Positions 47,791 through 58,108 of a DNA stretch of 64,000 nucleotides are shown here, in pieces (the stretch's first letter is position 1; every line of letters begins with the position of its first letter). The DNA is from an archaeon (GTDB lineage: Archaea > B1Sed10-29 > JAVZDC01), in NCBI GenBank assembly GCA_038874115.1, contig JAVZDC010000001.1, forward strand, positions 70,703 through 134,702, given 5' to 3'. Under the pieces are notes generated by a model. The model was not told the origin of the DNA. It made no database searches and saw only the letters and a list, made by a program, of their open reading frames with translations. The position numbers and the translations under genes were made by a program.

Positions 47791-50279
47791 AATCTTTCTT
47801 TTATGCTTAGGTAAGAAAAAATTAGCAAAACTAATAAGATAAGTGCGGCGACTTGGGTGGAGTCTTCCGGAGCAGAGGTCACCACTACTTCCGCTTGGCC
47901 TCCAGGTTGCTCTGATGGGTTTGTTGTAAAGTTATAGTTTGAATATGTATTGTTGTTTCCTGCTTGATCCCAGATGGTTATGTTATAATAATATGTTGTG
48001 TTTGGGGATAGGTCTAAGATCGTAACTAGATGAGATGAATCAAACGTGGAATTGGATATTGTCCAGGATGTACTTCCATCAGAGATTGATATCGTGTAGT
48101 TTGATGGTTCTGATGTAATCCACGATATATTTGCTGATGTTGATGTTGTAGAACTGTTTGGTCCAGAAATAATGTCTGGTGGAGTTGTATCTTCTTGTCC
48201 TAATGGAGCAAATATACTTCCAAAGTCAGTTATGTTTGCATAAACTATGTTATTGTTTGTATCTACTCCACAGGAAGATGCAAACTGGGAGCAATTAAAC
48301 CATCCAGTTCCGTTATATTTCCATAGTGAAAGGGTGGATTCGGAAACATTACCTAATTCTGATTCATTATATGATATATTTAGGAAAAGCCAGATTGATT
48401 CTCCTGTGAAAGTTATGTCGACATACCTACCGATGTTATAATAATCGGACGGGTCGTTTGGCAGCTGAGAATAATTTACACTTTTTATTGATAATCCTTC
48501 GTTGAAACTACCTGACATATTGGAATGAGAAAAACTTAAAGTTACTTCTTTTGTTAAGCTTGAGTCCAAGACTCTTTGATTGATAAAAGTATTATTAAAC
48601 GAAATTATCTGCCCACCTTCAAAAAATATTGGCCCTATGGAGATAGCATAATTCGAGATGTTTCCAATCTCATTATTTTTGAAAGTATTGTTGGCGCATC
48701 CTACGATAGCTATGCCTCCATTCGTAGAAAATATTCTATTGTTTGATACGTTATTGTGATGACATTCCGACAATTCAATTGCAGCGGCATTAAGTATATT
48801 TTGAAAAGTATTATTTTCAATGAGGGTATTAAAAATGCCGTATGCATAAATGCTGCGCGGGTTTCCAAAAAATGTATTATTTCTAATAACTGCGCTTGTA
48901 CCCGTCAGATAAAGGGGATAATCGGAAATATTTTCAAAAGTATTGTTTTGAATTAAAGAGTCGCCAGCCCCTGAAAGAGAAATACCCATTCTGCAGTCTC
49001 TGAAAGTATTGTTCTCGACATGTATAGAACTTGAGCCATAAAAAGAATCTACTCCAGCATCAAGACCTATGAAATTAAAACCTGAAATCGTTATGTTATT
49101 AACATTATTGAAACGAATTCCCCCTTCAAAATCCGCTCCTGCGATAAGAGAAAAGTTATTCCCAATAAAAACTGTATTATTGGCTGAAACTAAAAAACAT
49201 GGTCCTCCGCTTCCAGGATGTAAAACTCGAATATCCTGAGCTAAAGTATAAGCTCCACTCTCAGTTATATCCCCGCATGAAAGAAGAGGAATGCAAGTTG
49301 TTGTAATCATCCTCGTTTCTGTAGTATTACTTTCTCCTGCGGAATTGTTAGCAAATGCAGAGAAATTATGTTGATTTGGTTGAGGAATTTGATGAATGTA
49401 AAAGTTCCACTCTTCATTATTGTATTTTTGTAAATTTGCAAGATAATGCTGCTTCACTTCATCTTCGGATAAAGCTCTATTATAAATTCTTACTTCATCT
49501 ATACTTCCATTGAAATAATGAGAATTTGTTATGTGATTATATCCTATGGAAAGTGGAGACATGCGTGTATCTAGAGATCTCGAAATAGAAGCTGCTAAAT
49601 TGCCATCCACATACCATTTCAATAAAGATCCGTCATACGTAACTACATGGTGCTGCCATACTCCATATTCCACTGAAATACCAGCAGTCCAATCATAAGG
49701 ACCGCATCCCCAAACAAACCACTCTTGCAATGAATCAGATACAGCTATCCCAAAAGTATGTCCGACATAAGGCCAATAACAATAATCCCCAACTAAAACC
49801 AAGTATTGATCCTTTCCTGTCGACCCATTCACACGAGCCCAAAATTCTACAGATCTTGGTGAATTTCCGGAAAAAGAGATATTGTTCAAAGTAGATGCGT
49901 AATCATTCACTCCGTCAAACAACAAACCTTTCCCATGATATCCAGAAGAATATTGAACACCGTTATACAAAGTTACATTATTGGAACTTTTAGAAATATC
50001 TACAACAAAAGTATCGTTTTCTCCCAAATCAGACCTATTCTCAAAGTTGAGAGCTAAAAGCAAAGAATCATCATAGAAAGGATAAGAAATATCATCAAAA
50101 GTGTAAGAGAAATAATCTAAGTTTGATGTTGTCGAAATAGATATGTTTGTCTTTATGCCAGGCAAACATCCTGAAGTTCCATTCGGGGGCGTGGGGGGAA
50201 CAAAATTTAAATTTATTGCTGAAAAACTGAGAGAAAAAAGGAACAAACTCACCAACAAAGTTTCATAAAACAATCTCAT
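47787..50279 (-). CDS. Cell-surface protein: LamG-like domain, beta-helix repeats, FN3-like domain, C-terminal TM
   Basis: Signal peptide from MRLFYE; FDGVNDY, WQHHVVTYDG, FNGSIDEVRIYNRALS; NNTF repeats; SAPED then TM. Confidence 0.82.
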   Translation of the reverse strand: MRLFYETLLVSLFLFSLSFSAINLNFVPPTPPNGTSGCLPGIKTNISISTTSNLDYFSYTFDDISYPFYDDSLLLALNFENRSDLGENDTFVVDISKSSNNVTLYNGVQYSSGYHGKGLLFDGVNDYASTLNNISFSGNSPRSVEFWARVNGSTGKDQYLVLVGDYCYWPYVGHTFGIAVSDSLQEWFVWGCGPYDWTAGISVEYGVWQHHVVTYDGSLLKWYVDGNLAASISRSLDTRMSPLSIGYNHITNSHYFNGSIDEVRIYNRALSEDEVKQHYLANLQKYNNEEWNFYIHQIPQPNQHNFSAFANNSAGESNTTETRMITTTCIPLLSCGDITESGAYTLAQDIRVLHPGSGGPCFLVSANNTVFIGNNFSLIAGADFEGGIRFNNVNNITISGFNFIGLDAGVDSFYGSSSIHVENNTFRDCRMGISLSGAGDSLIQNNTFENISDYPLYLTGTSAVIRNNTFFGNPRSIYAYGIFNTLIENNTFQNILNAAAIELSECHHNNVSNNRIFSTNGGIAIVGCANNTFKNNEIGNISNYAISIGPIFFEGGQIISFNNTFINQRVLDSSLTKEVTLSFSHSNMSGSFNEGLSIKSVNYSQLPNDPSDYYNIGRYVDITFTGESIWLFLNISYNESELGNVSESTLSLWKYNGTGWFNCSQFASSCGVDTNNNIVYANITDFGSIFAPLGQEDTTPPDIISGPNSSTTSTSANISWITSEPSNYTISISDGSTSWTISNSTFDSSHLVTILDLSPNTTYYYNITIWDQAGNNNTYSNYNFTTNPSEQPGGQAEVVVTSAPEDSTQVAALILLVLLIFSYLSIKERF

Positions 50280-50340
50280 GACTATCACACTAAAAAGATA
50301 ACTAATCAATCATTTAAAAAATTTTTGGAAAATTCTTGCA

Positions 50341-51597
50341 TTATATTCTTATAAAATATGGTAAAAAATTCAGAATAAGGAAAAATAACACAAGATAGGT
50401 TAATCCTTTGCTGATTTTTAAAATTGCTTTTTTATTTAACTTTCTTCCAAAAAGAGTTCCAAGAATAATCGGAAACATTTTCAAACCATCTAAAATTGCA
50501 AAAGGTGCAAAATTAAAAACTCCAAGCATAAGATTTAAGAAAAACGTCCAATAAACAATCTCAATGTAGCTTTTTTTAACCCAAAAATCCAACCCAAAAG
50601 GCTTATGGAAAGTGAATTCAGAAAGTTTAACTCCAATGTATCCTTTTTCATCAGTTGTTAAATTTAATAACCCCCTGCTAGTATTCAAGTAAAAAGAAGT
50701 ATTTCTCTGACCAACTACGTTAAACAAGTTTTGAGGAGAATATATAACATCGCCTTTTTTTAAGCCAGCTAACTCCGCAGGGGAACCAGGGTAAACTTCA
50801 GAGATCACTGCTGATCGAATATTGTTTAAATATTCTTTTTGTATATCGATTTGAGTTTGAGAAACTAATAAGACTACGGCAAGTATAAAGCTAATAAAAA
50901 TATTTATGGATGAACCTGCTGAAAAAAACTTGATTTTATCGAAATTACTTTTTCCTTTTAACTTTTTTTCATTGATTTCTGTATATGCTCCAAGAGGAAT
51001 CAATCCAAGAGTTAAAAGACCAAAAGATTTCACACTTACTTTTGCTTTTTCTGCAAGTATCCCGTGGGCAAGTTCGTGTACAACTATCGCTAAAACAAAC
51101 CCAAACCAAGCAATCAAAGGAACCTCGATCGGAGATCCTGGAATGCTAACTCCTGGAATTATTAAAGCAACCCCGGGAGAGGGTTGAATTCCAAAAAAGT
51201 AACTAGCAACTATTTCAAAACCTTTCATGGCTAAGGCAATCAAGATGAAAAACCCAAAACCTAGAAATAAAATTAAATAAATAAAAGGCGTGGGTTGTAA
51301 GAAAAAATAAAAAAATAAAAGAAAACTAAGAAAAAATGAGAAATGTACCAAGATTTTTTTAAAAGACTTAAAGTTTTTCCATAGGTACAAAACTCCGAGG
51401 ATTCCAAACCCAAAAATTACTCCAGCCTCAGACAAAAAATTTAAGAAAGAAGATTTGGCAAACTTTCGTAAGAATTTTGGATTACGCTTCAAGCATATTA
51501 AATGAAATATTCCGTATGACTTAAACTTCGTATATTTTTTCAATAAAAACGAAGGTATAAAAACAAGTGCGAGTAGATACAAAATTAACTCAAACAT
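50341..51597 (-). CDS. Site-2 (M50) intramembrane protease with PDZ domain
   Basis: HELAHG, AGSSIN, GSPAELAGL, FNFAPFAILDG. Confidence 0.9.
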   Translation of the reverse strand: MFELILYLLALVFIPSFLLKKYTKFKSYGIFHLICLKRNPKFLRKFAKSSFLNFLSEAGVIFGFGILGVLYLWKNFKSFKKILVHFSFFLSFLLFFYFFLQPTPFIYLILFLGFGFFILIALAMKGFEIVASYFFGIQPSPGVALIIPGVSIPGSPIEVPLIAWFGFVLAIVVHELAHGILAEKAKVSVKSFGLLTLGLIPLGAYTEINEKKLKGKSNFDKIKFFSAGSSINIFISFILAVVLLVSQTQIDIQKEYLNNIRSAVISEVYPGSPAELAGLKKGDVIYSPQNLFNVVGQRNTSFYLNTSRGLLNLTTDEKGYIGVKLSEFTFHKPFGLDFWVKKSYIEIVYWTFFLNLMLGVFNFAPFAILDGLKMFPIILGTLFGRKLNKKAILKISKGLTYLVLFFLILNFLPYFIRI

Positions 51598-51602
51598 TTA
51601 AT

Positions 51603-51980
51603 TCACTTTCTAATTTCTTGCAAAAAAGCTGGTCCAAAAACTTTAGATAATTTAACAAACACTGGCTTCGAGATCGAAATTTTGTTAGACTCTATTTTTT
51701 GAATAGTGCTTTTCTGCTCATTAATTCTTTTAGCCAATTCTTCTTGGGTCAGACCAAGTTTTTCTCTATAATCTTTAATTAGTTGCCCAAACCCTTTTAT
51801 TTCAAATTCGTCAGGTTGAGAAGTAATTGTTTGACCTGAGCTTTGAGGTTTTTTTGGAGTTAAATTAACAGGTTCAGCGAGTTTACCTTGGCTACATCTT
51901 TCGCAAGCAAGCAATTCCGCCCCTTCCAACCTAACTTTATACATCTTTTCTGCTTTCGAACCGCAAATTTCGCAAAACAT
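51603..51980 (-). CDS. Archaeal multiprotein bridging factor aMBF1
   Basis: CEICG...EGAELLACERC plus HTH (REKLGLTQEELA). Confidence 0.88.
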   Translation of the reverse strand: MFCEICGSKAEKMYKVRLEGAELLACERCSQGKLAEPVNLTPKKPQSSGQTITSQPDEFEIKGFGQLIKDYREKLGLTQEELAKRINEQKSTIQKIESNKISISKPVFVKLSKVFGPAFLQEIRK

Positions 51981-51985
51981 TCAAA

Positions 51986-52519
51986 TCATGCGGATTCAAA
52001 AACTATTTCCAATACTCCATTACGATATTCTTTTCTCTTTGGTTCCTGTTTTACCTTTACCGGTAAAACTACTTTTTTATAATATTTTTTAGGAACTTTT
52101 AGAACTAATGTTTTTTGATCAGAAGATAAATTTAATTGGATCGATTTTTCATCAACCCCGGGTAACTGTGCCAAGATAGTCACTTCTTTACCTTTTTGAA
52201 AAACATCAACAAGAGGTTCTATTTCTTCTTTGATTTGCTTTTTCTCCGGCTTTATATTCCCAAACCTTTGAAAAACAGGTTTCCCATCTGGTCCTATCTT
52301 TATCGTAAACCCGTAAATTATTGGTTTTTCTCCCGATTTTTGCTCAACATATTTAAACTTTTTTTCAAAAGTTGTTCTTGGCTCAATTTCTTCAAATTCT
52401 TTAAAAAAACCTTCATATAATTTTTCGAATTGCTCCTGGATTTCTTCGTCGAGATCTTTTATAATGTCAAAAAAATCATCATCAAAAAAGAAACTTTTCC
52501 TTCTTTTTTTGCCAAACAT
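51986..52519 (-). CDS. Small heat-shock protein Hsp20
   Basis: YGFTIKIGPDGKP...FGN, EPLVDV, LPGV, YRNGVLE. Confidence 0.92.
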   Translation of the reverse strand: MFGKKRRKSFFFDDDFFDIIKDLDEEIQEQFEKLYEGFFKEFEEIEPRTTFEKKFKYVEQKSGEKPIIYGFTIKIGPDGKPVFQRFGNIKPEKKQIKEEIEPLVDVFQKGKEVTILAQLPGVDEKSIQLNLSSDQKTLVLKVPKKYYKKVVLPVKVKQEPKRKEYRNGVLEIVFESA

Positions 52520-52560
52520 TATATCACCTTTATATTAGAAGTAAAGTCTATATAAAAATT

Positions 52561-53442
52561 TTATCTAAAAAAGGCAAATATTTTCTCTTTTTCAAGGATA
52601 AGACTTCCTTTTGTCTCTATCTCATGGACGAAAGTGGGTGTATTTGGTATTATTAAAATTGTAAATTTTTTTGAGTATGGATAGGATGGACCACGAGAGA
52701 TTTTATAAAAATCACTAAAACATATGAAATCAAAAATTGGCGGAGAATTCCGTAAAGGTTCGATTGTAATATACAATAAATATTCTTTTGTATCGTCAAA
52801 AGTTCCAAAAGAAACTCCTTCCCGGACTCCTTTTATGTATGGTTCCAATGAAGTAAAAAGTTTCTCGCAAAAATCTTCAAACTTTGCTTTACTAAACTCT
52901 ATTTTGGAAAAATTCTTAAAAGTTCCACAACAAAATAAACGATCTTCAAAAACATCGTAAAAAGAAAACTCCAAGCCGGCTTTTTTCCAAAGTTCTTTAA
53001 AAGAAAAATATTCTTTAACTTCTTTGAGCAAAGATTTTCTGATTACTTCAACAGGTTCTGAAAAGAAAATAGGGAAAATTCCACAAAAAACAACGTTTGA
53101 AAATTTTTGAAGGAATGAAAAATCTTTTTGGAGGCTGGAATAATTTTCTTCGAAAAGAACTATTTTATTTATTTTTTTGAAAGCAGAAAAGGTCTCAAAA
53201 GTTGAAATAGTTATATTTGGAATCAAACTTGAATATTCTTTGTTTTTCACTAGAAAAGCATCCAAATTTTCATCAGATATTACGCTTAAGGAGCATTTTA
53301 ACTTTCTTTCTTTAAGCAAATGTGCAAACTTTAAAGTGTTTTCAAGAGCATTCGTTCCGAAAAATAATACGTTGTCTTTATTGGTTGGCGATATTAACTC
53401 CAGGATCTTATCTTGGACGCTCATCCATTTTGTAAAATCCAT
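52561..53442 (-). CDS. Hypothetical protein, possibly a degenerate Rossmann/methyltransferase-like N-terminus
   Basis: 293-aa ORF; ELISPTNKDNVLFFGT. Confidence 0.5.
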   Translation of the reverse strand: MDFTKWMSVQDKILELISPTNKDNVLFFGTNALENTLKFAHLLKERKLKCSLSVISDENLDAFLVKNKEYSSLIPNITISTFETFSAFKKINKIVLFEENYSSLQKDFSFLQKFSNVVFCGIFPIFFSEPVEVIRKSLLKEVKEYFSFKELWKKAGLEFSFYDVFEDRLFCCGTFKNFSKIEFSKAKFEDFCEKLFTSLEPYIKGVREGVSFGTFDDTKEYLLYITIEPLRNSPPIFDFICFSDFYKISRGPSYPYSKKFTILIIPNTPTFVHEIETKGSLILEKEKIFAFFR

Positions 53443-53468
53443 TCAAGGTAATAAAGCTTTCTCATCCG

Positions 53469-53858
53469 CTAGTTATCGACGCTTAAGCTTGGCGATTGTG
53501 AATGTTTGAATTTTGCAAATACTTGTATCGCTTTGATGGCCTCGTTTTTGATGAGGTTTAACTTATCTTCTTGTCTTTTTATAAGAAAATCAACGATTTC
53601 ATCTATCGGTTTAGCTATGTATCTTTTCGGTCTTTCCAAAGATGCTTGTATCAGATTCATGTCTTCCAAATTTTCCAAAACAGAATATACTTTAGTAATC
53701 GGAATGTTTGCTTGTTTTGAAATGAAATCAGCTTTGCAATTTGGGTTGTGGATTACAACTGCTAAAGCACCAGATTGGTATTGGGTTAAACCGAGTTTAT
53801 TTAAGATGCGAGTGGAAGTATTTAAGTCTAAAAAAGTGGAATCTTTCTCGTCTAGCAA
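53469..53858 (-). CDS. TrmB-type HTH protein (DNA-binding domain only)
   Basis: LGLTQYQS...IPITKVYSVLENL...RPKRY; SD GGTGA. Confidence 0.8.
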   Translation of the reverse strand: MLDEKDSTFLDLNTSTRILNKLGLTQYQSGALAVVIHNPNCKADFISKQANIPITKVYSVLENLEDMNLIQASLERPKRYIAKPIDEIVDFLIKRQEDKLNLIKNEAIKAIQVFAKFKHSQSPSLSVDN

Positions 53859-54001
53859 AAAATCACCCGATACTTAATTTGCTCAGTGAAAAGTACTATT
53901 TTTAAAAATTTCTACCAAACGAAAGTTAATTCGACAATAAGCGAGAAAAAATAGAATTTTTCTACAATATACTTAAATATAATTTTTGAGTTTAAGATAG
54001 T

Positions 54002-55189
54002 ATGCTTTTAGAAGACAAAGTTTTAGAAATTAGAAAAGATTTTCCAATCTTGGAAAAAAAACATAAGAATAAACCTTTTATATATTTTGATTCTGCATGC
54101 ATGTCTTTGAAACCAAAACAAGTAATTGAGAAGATGCTGGAATATTATAAAGAATATACGGCGTGCCATGGCCGTTCTGTTCATGATTTCTCTGAAAAAA
54201 CAACAGAGGAATTTGAAAACGTAAGGAGAAAAGTTGCTAAAATGATTGGGGCGAGGGAAGATGAAATTATTTTTACTAAAAATACGACAGAGTCCATAAA
54301 TTTTGTTGCTAACTTTTTTAGGGGTAAAAAAGTTATAACAACTGACTTAGAACACAACAGTAATTTTATTCCTTGGAAAAAAATGAGCGGAAAACATACG
54401 ATAATCCATGTTGATGAAAAAACCGGTTTTGATTTTGAAACTTTTGAAAAAGAAGTTAAAGACGCAGATCTTGTGAGCGTAGTTCATTATTCTAATTTTT
54501 CAGGCCACATTTTACCCGTAAAAGAAATTATTAAAATTGCACATAAGAATGGTGTAAAAGTTCTATTGGATTGTGCTCAAAGTGCACCTCACGTAGAAAT
54601 AAATGTAAGAGATTTGGGGGCTGATTTTATCGCTTTTTCTGGGCATAAAATGCTTGGGCCAACAGGGGTTGGAGTCCTTTATGGAAAAATAAACCTTCTG
54701 AAAGATTTTGAAGGAATGATGTTTGGCGGGGAGACTGTTAAAAACGTTGATAAAAATAAGATTGAATGGGAAGATATTCCTCATAAATTTGAAGCAGGTT
54801 TACAAAACTATGGTGGAATTATTGGTTTTGGAGCAGCGATAGACTACCTGCTAAAACTTGGGTGGAAAAATATAGAAAATTATGAGAGTAAATTAGTTAA
54901 AGAGTTGGTGGAGGGTTGTGAAAAACTAGGGTTGAGATATGTAGGCCCAAAAGAAAGGCCTGCGTTAATATCCATAGTACCAAAAACTTTAAGCGCCCAT
55001 GAATTAGCTTTGCTTTTAAACGAAGAGAATATTTTCGTAAGAAGTGGAATGCACTGTGTGCATTATTATCATAATGAAGTTTTAAAAGTTGCTGGTACTG
55101 TAAGAGCATCTTTATATTTCTACAATACCTTTGAAGAGATTCATAACTTTTACAAAGTTTTGGAAAAAATACAGAAAACATTTATATAA
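54002..55189 (+). CDS. sufS: SufS-type cysteine desulfurase
   Basis: YFDSA, EHNSN, DCAQ, FSGHKMLGP, RSGMHC, RASLYFYN. Confidence 0.9.
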   Translation: MLLEDKVLEIRKDFPILEKKHKNKPFIYFDSACMSLKPKQVIEKMLEYYKEYTACHGRSVHDFSEKTTEEFENVRRKVAKMIGAREDEIIFTKNTTESINFVANFFRGKKVITTDLEHNSNFIPWKKMSGKHTIIHVDEKTGFDFETFEKEVKDADLVSVVHYSNFSGHILPVKEIIKIAHKNGVKVLLDCAQSAPHVEINVRDLGADFIAFSGHKMLGPTGVGVLYGKINLLKDFEGMMFGGETVKNVDKNKIEWEDIPHKFEAGLQNYGGIIGFGAAIDYLLKLGWKNIENYESKLVKELVEGCEKLGLRYVGPKERPALISIVPKTLSAHELALLLNEENIFVRSGMHCVHYYHNEVLKVAGTVRASLYFYNTFEEIHNFYKVLEKIQKTFI

Positions 55190-55207
55190 TCGCTGTGTCA
55201 AAAGAAT

Positions 55208-56968
55208 ATGGTATCTGCAAAGTTTGTCGAGGACTTGATAAATAAAAAAAATTGGAAAATTTTGGAAAACAGCAATATTTCTTATTCTTTTTCAAATGTG
55301 TTTTTTAGAGTTGGAGGAGAAGAAATATCCAGATATGTATTAAGAAAAGTATATCCTAAGAATATTTCAAAAGCTCATCTTGATGGGACAATCCATATTC
55401 ACAATCTTTACATGGGAATCACGGGATATTGCGCAGGCTGGAGTTTAGAAAACATATTATATCGCGGCTTGGTCGGAAAAGGATCCAGGATTGTTTCAAT
55501 TCCTCCAAAACATTTAAGGACTGCTGTACATCATCTTGTAAATTTCGTTGGAATTATTCAAAATGAGTGGTCTGGGGCCCAAGCTTTTAATTCACTAGAC
55601 ACAATACTTGCTCCATACATCGCAAAAGACAAACTAGAATACAAAGAAGTTAAACAATGTCTCCAAGAGTTTATCTATGGTTTAAACGTCACAAACAGAT
55701 GGGGAGGCCAGTCGCCATTTACAAACGTAACGCTTGATTTTTCAGTACCAAAAGACATGGAGAACAAAGAAACTTTACTTGGTAATGGAGTTTATGGAGA
55801 CTTTTCTAATGAAATGGAGATATTTAACCGTGCTTTTCTCGAAATAATGCTTGAAGGAGATCCAACCGGAAAACCATTTACTTTCCCAATACCAACATAT
55901 AATATAACAAAAGATTTTCCATGGGAATCTGAAAACTCAAAACTTTTATTCAAGGTTACTGGAAAATATGGATTGCCATACTTTTCAAACTTTATAAATT
56001 CTGATCTAAAACCAAGCGATATAAGAAGTATGTGCTGTCATTTACGACTTGATTTAAGACAATTGAAAAGAAATATAACTGGGGGGTTATTTGGGTCTGG
56101 AGACCAAACTGGTTCTATAGGCGTAGTTACGATAAATATGCCAAGGATTGGATATCTTTCTAAAAGAGAAGAAGATTTCTTAGAAAGATTAGAAGACATA
56201 ATGGAAATTGCATATTTATCTTTGGAAATAAAGCGAAAAAAGGTTAAAGAAGGTTTTGAAGAAGGACTTTTCCCATACTCCAACGTGTATCTTGGAACAT
56301 TAGATAATCATTTTTCCACGATTGGTTTGGTTGGTATGAATGAAGCTTGTGAAAACCTTCTTGGAAAAAACATTCTTGACAAAGATTCTCAAAAATTCGC
56401 ATTAAAAGTTTTAGACTTTATGCTAAAAAAACTTAAAGAATTTCAGGAAAATTCTGGGAATTTATATAATTTGGAGGCAACACCTGCTGAAAGTGTGGCA
56501 TATAGATTAGCAAAAATAGATAAGAAAAAATATCCAAAAATAAAAACAAGAGGAGAAAAAGTTCCATTCTATACAAATTCTTCTTTATTCCCGCCTGAAG
56601 AAAGAATAAACTTCTGGGATGCGATAAAGCACCAAGAAGAATTACAAACGAAATACACTGGAGGAACGGTTTTTCACATTTATTTAGGAGAAAGTATTCC
56701 GTCTTTTGAAAATTGTAAAAACTTGGTTAAAACAGTACTTGAGAAAACAAAATTGCCTTACATAACTATAACTCCAACATACAGCGTATGTTTAGAGCAT
56801 GGGTATTTCTCAGGTAAAAAAGAGTGCTGCCCTGTTTGTGGAAAGAAGACTCTAATTTACAGTAGAATAGTTGGATATTTTAGACCGACCGAAGATTGGA
56901 ATCCAGGTAAAAAAGAAGAATTTAAAGTTAGAAAATTCTTTTTGAATCCACTTAATGCTCATACTTAA
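55208..56968 (+). CDS. nrdD: Class III anaerobic ribonucleoside-triphosphate reductase, no ATP cone
   Basis: HIHNL, YCAGW, FTFPIPT, RSMCCHL, EATPAE, YTGGT, YSRIVGY (glycyl radical). Confidence 0.93.
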   Translation: MVSAKFVEDLINKKNWKILENSNISYSFSNVFFRVGGEEISRYVLRKVYPKNISKAHLDGTIHIHNLYMGITGYCAGWSLENILYRGLVGKGSRIVSIPPKHLRTAVHHLVNFVGIIQNEWSGAQAFNSLDTILAPYIAKDKLEYKEVKQCLQEFIYGLNVTNRWGGQSPFTNVTLDFSVPKDMENKETLLGNGVYGDFSNEMEIFNRAFLEIMLEGDPTGKPFTFPIPTYNITKDFPWESENSKLLFKVTGKYGLPYFSNFINSDLKPSDIRSMCCHLRLDLRQLKRNITGGLFGSGDQTGSIGVVTINMPRIGYLSKREEDFLERLEDIMEIAYLSLEIKRKKVKEGFEEGLFPYSNVYLGTLDNHFSTIGLVGMNEACENLLGKNILDKDSQKFALKVLDFMLKKLKEFQENSGNLYNLEATPAESVAYRLAKIDKKKYPKIKTRGEKVPFYTNSSLFPPEERINFWDAIKHQEELQTKYTGGTVFHIYLGESIPSFENCKNLVKTVLEKTKLPYITITPTYSVCLEHGYFSGKKECCPVCGKKTLIYSRIVGYFRPTEDWNPGKKEEFKVRKFFLNPLNAHT

Positions 56969-57801
56969 TCAGAAATATGAAATTCAACTATGTCTCCATC
57001 TTGTAAGATATAATCTTTTTCTACTCTTTGACCTGGAAATTTCGCAGACCCCCACAATCTAGCATACTCCAATTTCTCCGCAAAATCTTTATGAATTTCT
57101 TCCGCAGCATCTAATACTGAAGATCCTTTTTTCAAAAGAATTGGCTGAGTCAAATCCGGATCTTCCCCTGGTTCTTTTGTGTAAACTCGAATAAGTTCGA
57201 AAAATTCAAAAATTTGTTGTTTTTCCAATCGTTCCCCTTTCCTTAAGAAAAGTATTTTCTTCTGTATACCAAACTCGTTCAATTCTTTTAGTAAAACTTC
57301 TTTTTCATAATCGTCTGAATATATCAAAATAATTCCATCACAGGAAGTTAAAAGAGAAAGTAAATGTCTCTGTTTTGTTGCCGCTCCTTCCATTAGCGCA
57401 GGGAGTTCGAAAATCTGAACCCTACCCCCTTCATAAAACATGGATCCTACAACTGGCTCTTTTGTTGTAAAAGGATATTCTGCTACCTCTGCGTTTGCGT
57501 TAGTTAAATAATTTAAAAGAGTGCTTTTTCCAGAGTTTGGAAATCCAATAATGGCTATTTGAAACCCTTCTTTCGGAATACTTATGGAGTAGCGCGCCGC
57601 TTTCTTTTTCTTTTCAAGAAGCATTTCCTTTTTCAATCTTCCGATTTTCGCCCTTATATCTGAAAGTAAATTCTCGCTTCCTTTATGCTTTGGAGCTGTA
57701 CGAAGCATTTCTTTTAAAGCTTCTAACTTTTCTTCATTAGACCTTGCATTCTGATATTTCTCTTTTGCTTTTTCGAATTCTGGACCTGCATTTATGACCA
57801 T
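56965..57801 (-). CDS. DRG/OBG-family GTPase with TGS domain
   Basis: PKHKGSE, GFPNSGKS, YPFTT, IRVYTK, WGSAKFPGQRV. Confidence 0.88.
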   Translation of the reverse strand: MVINAGPEFEKAKEKYQNARSNEEKLEALKEMLRTAPKHKGSENLLSDIRAKIGRLKKEMLLEKKKKAARYSISIPKEGFQIAIIGFPNSGKSTLLNYLTNANAEVAEYPFTTKEPVVGSMFYEGGRVQIFELPALMEGAATKQRHLLSLLTSCDGIILIYSDDYEKEVLLKELNEFGIQKKILFLRKGERLEKQQIFEFFELIRVYTKEPGEDPDLTQPILLKKGSSVLDAAEEIHKDFAEKLEYARLWGSAKFPGQRVEKDYILQDGDIVEFHISD

Positions 57802-57840
57802 AAATATTATTTTTACGTTAGATTTTTATAAAAGTTAAGC

Positions 57841-58092
57841 TTGATTCTATTAATAAGGATGGGTATGAAAGGAATTCTTATAATAAAACAAAACATTGGT
57901 TTTTGGGATAGAGCTGTAAGATTAATTTTAGGAATATTGCTTTTGGGCAATCTAGGTGCAAAATTGGCTGGGATAGAAATATTGTATTTGGACGCAGCCT
58001 TGGCAACAATGATTGGTTTTATTGGAGTTATACTAATTGTAACGGCTGCGCTTGGATTTTGCCCACTTTATGAATTTATAAAAAGACTTTAA
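57841..58092 (+). CDS. DUF2892 (YgaP-like) membrane protein
   Basis: NIGFWDRAVR...TAALGFCPLY. Confidence 0.8.
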   Translation: MILLIRMGMKGILIIKQNIGFWDRAVRLILGILLLGNLGAKLAGIEILYLDAALATMIGFIGVILIVTAALGFCPLYEFIKRL

Positions 58093-58108
58093 AAAAGTAG
58101 ATGAAAAC

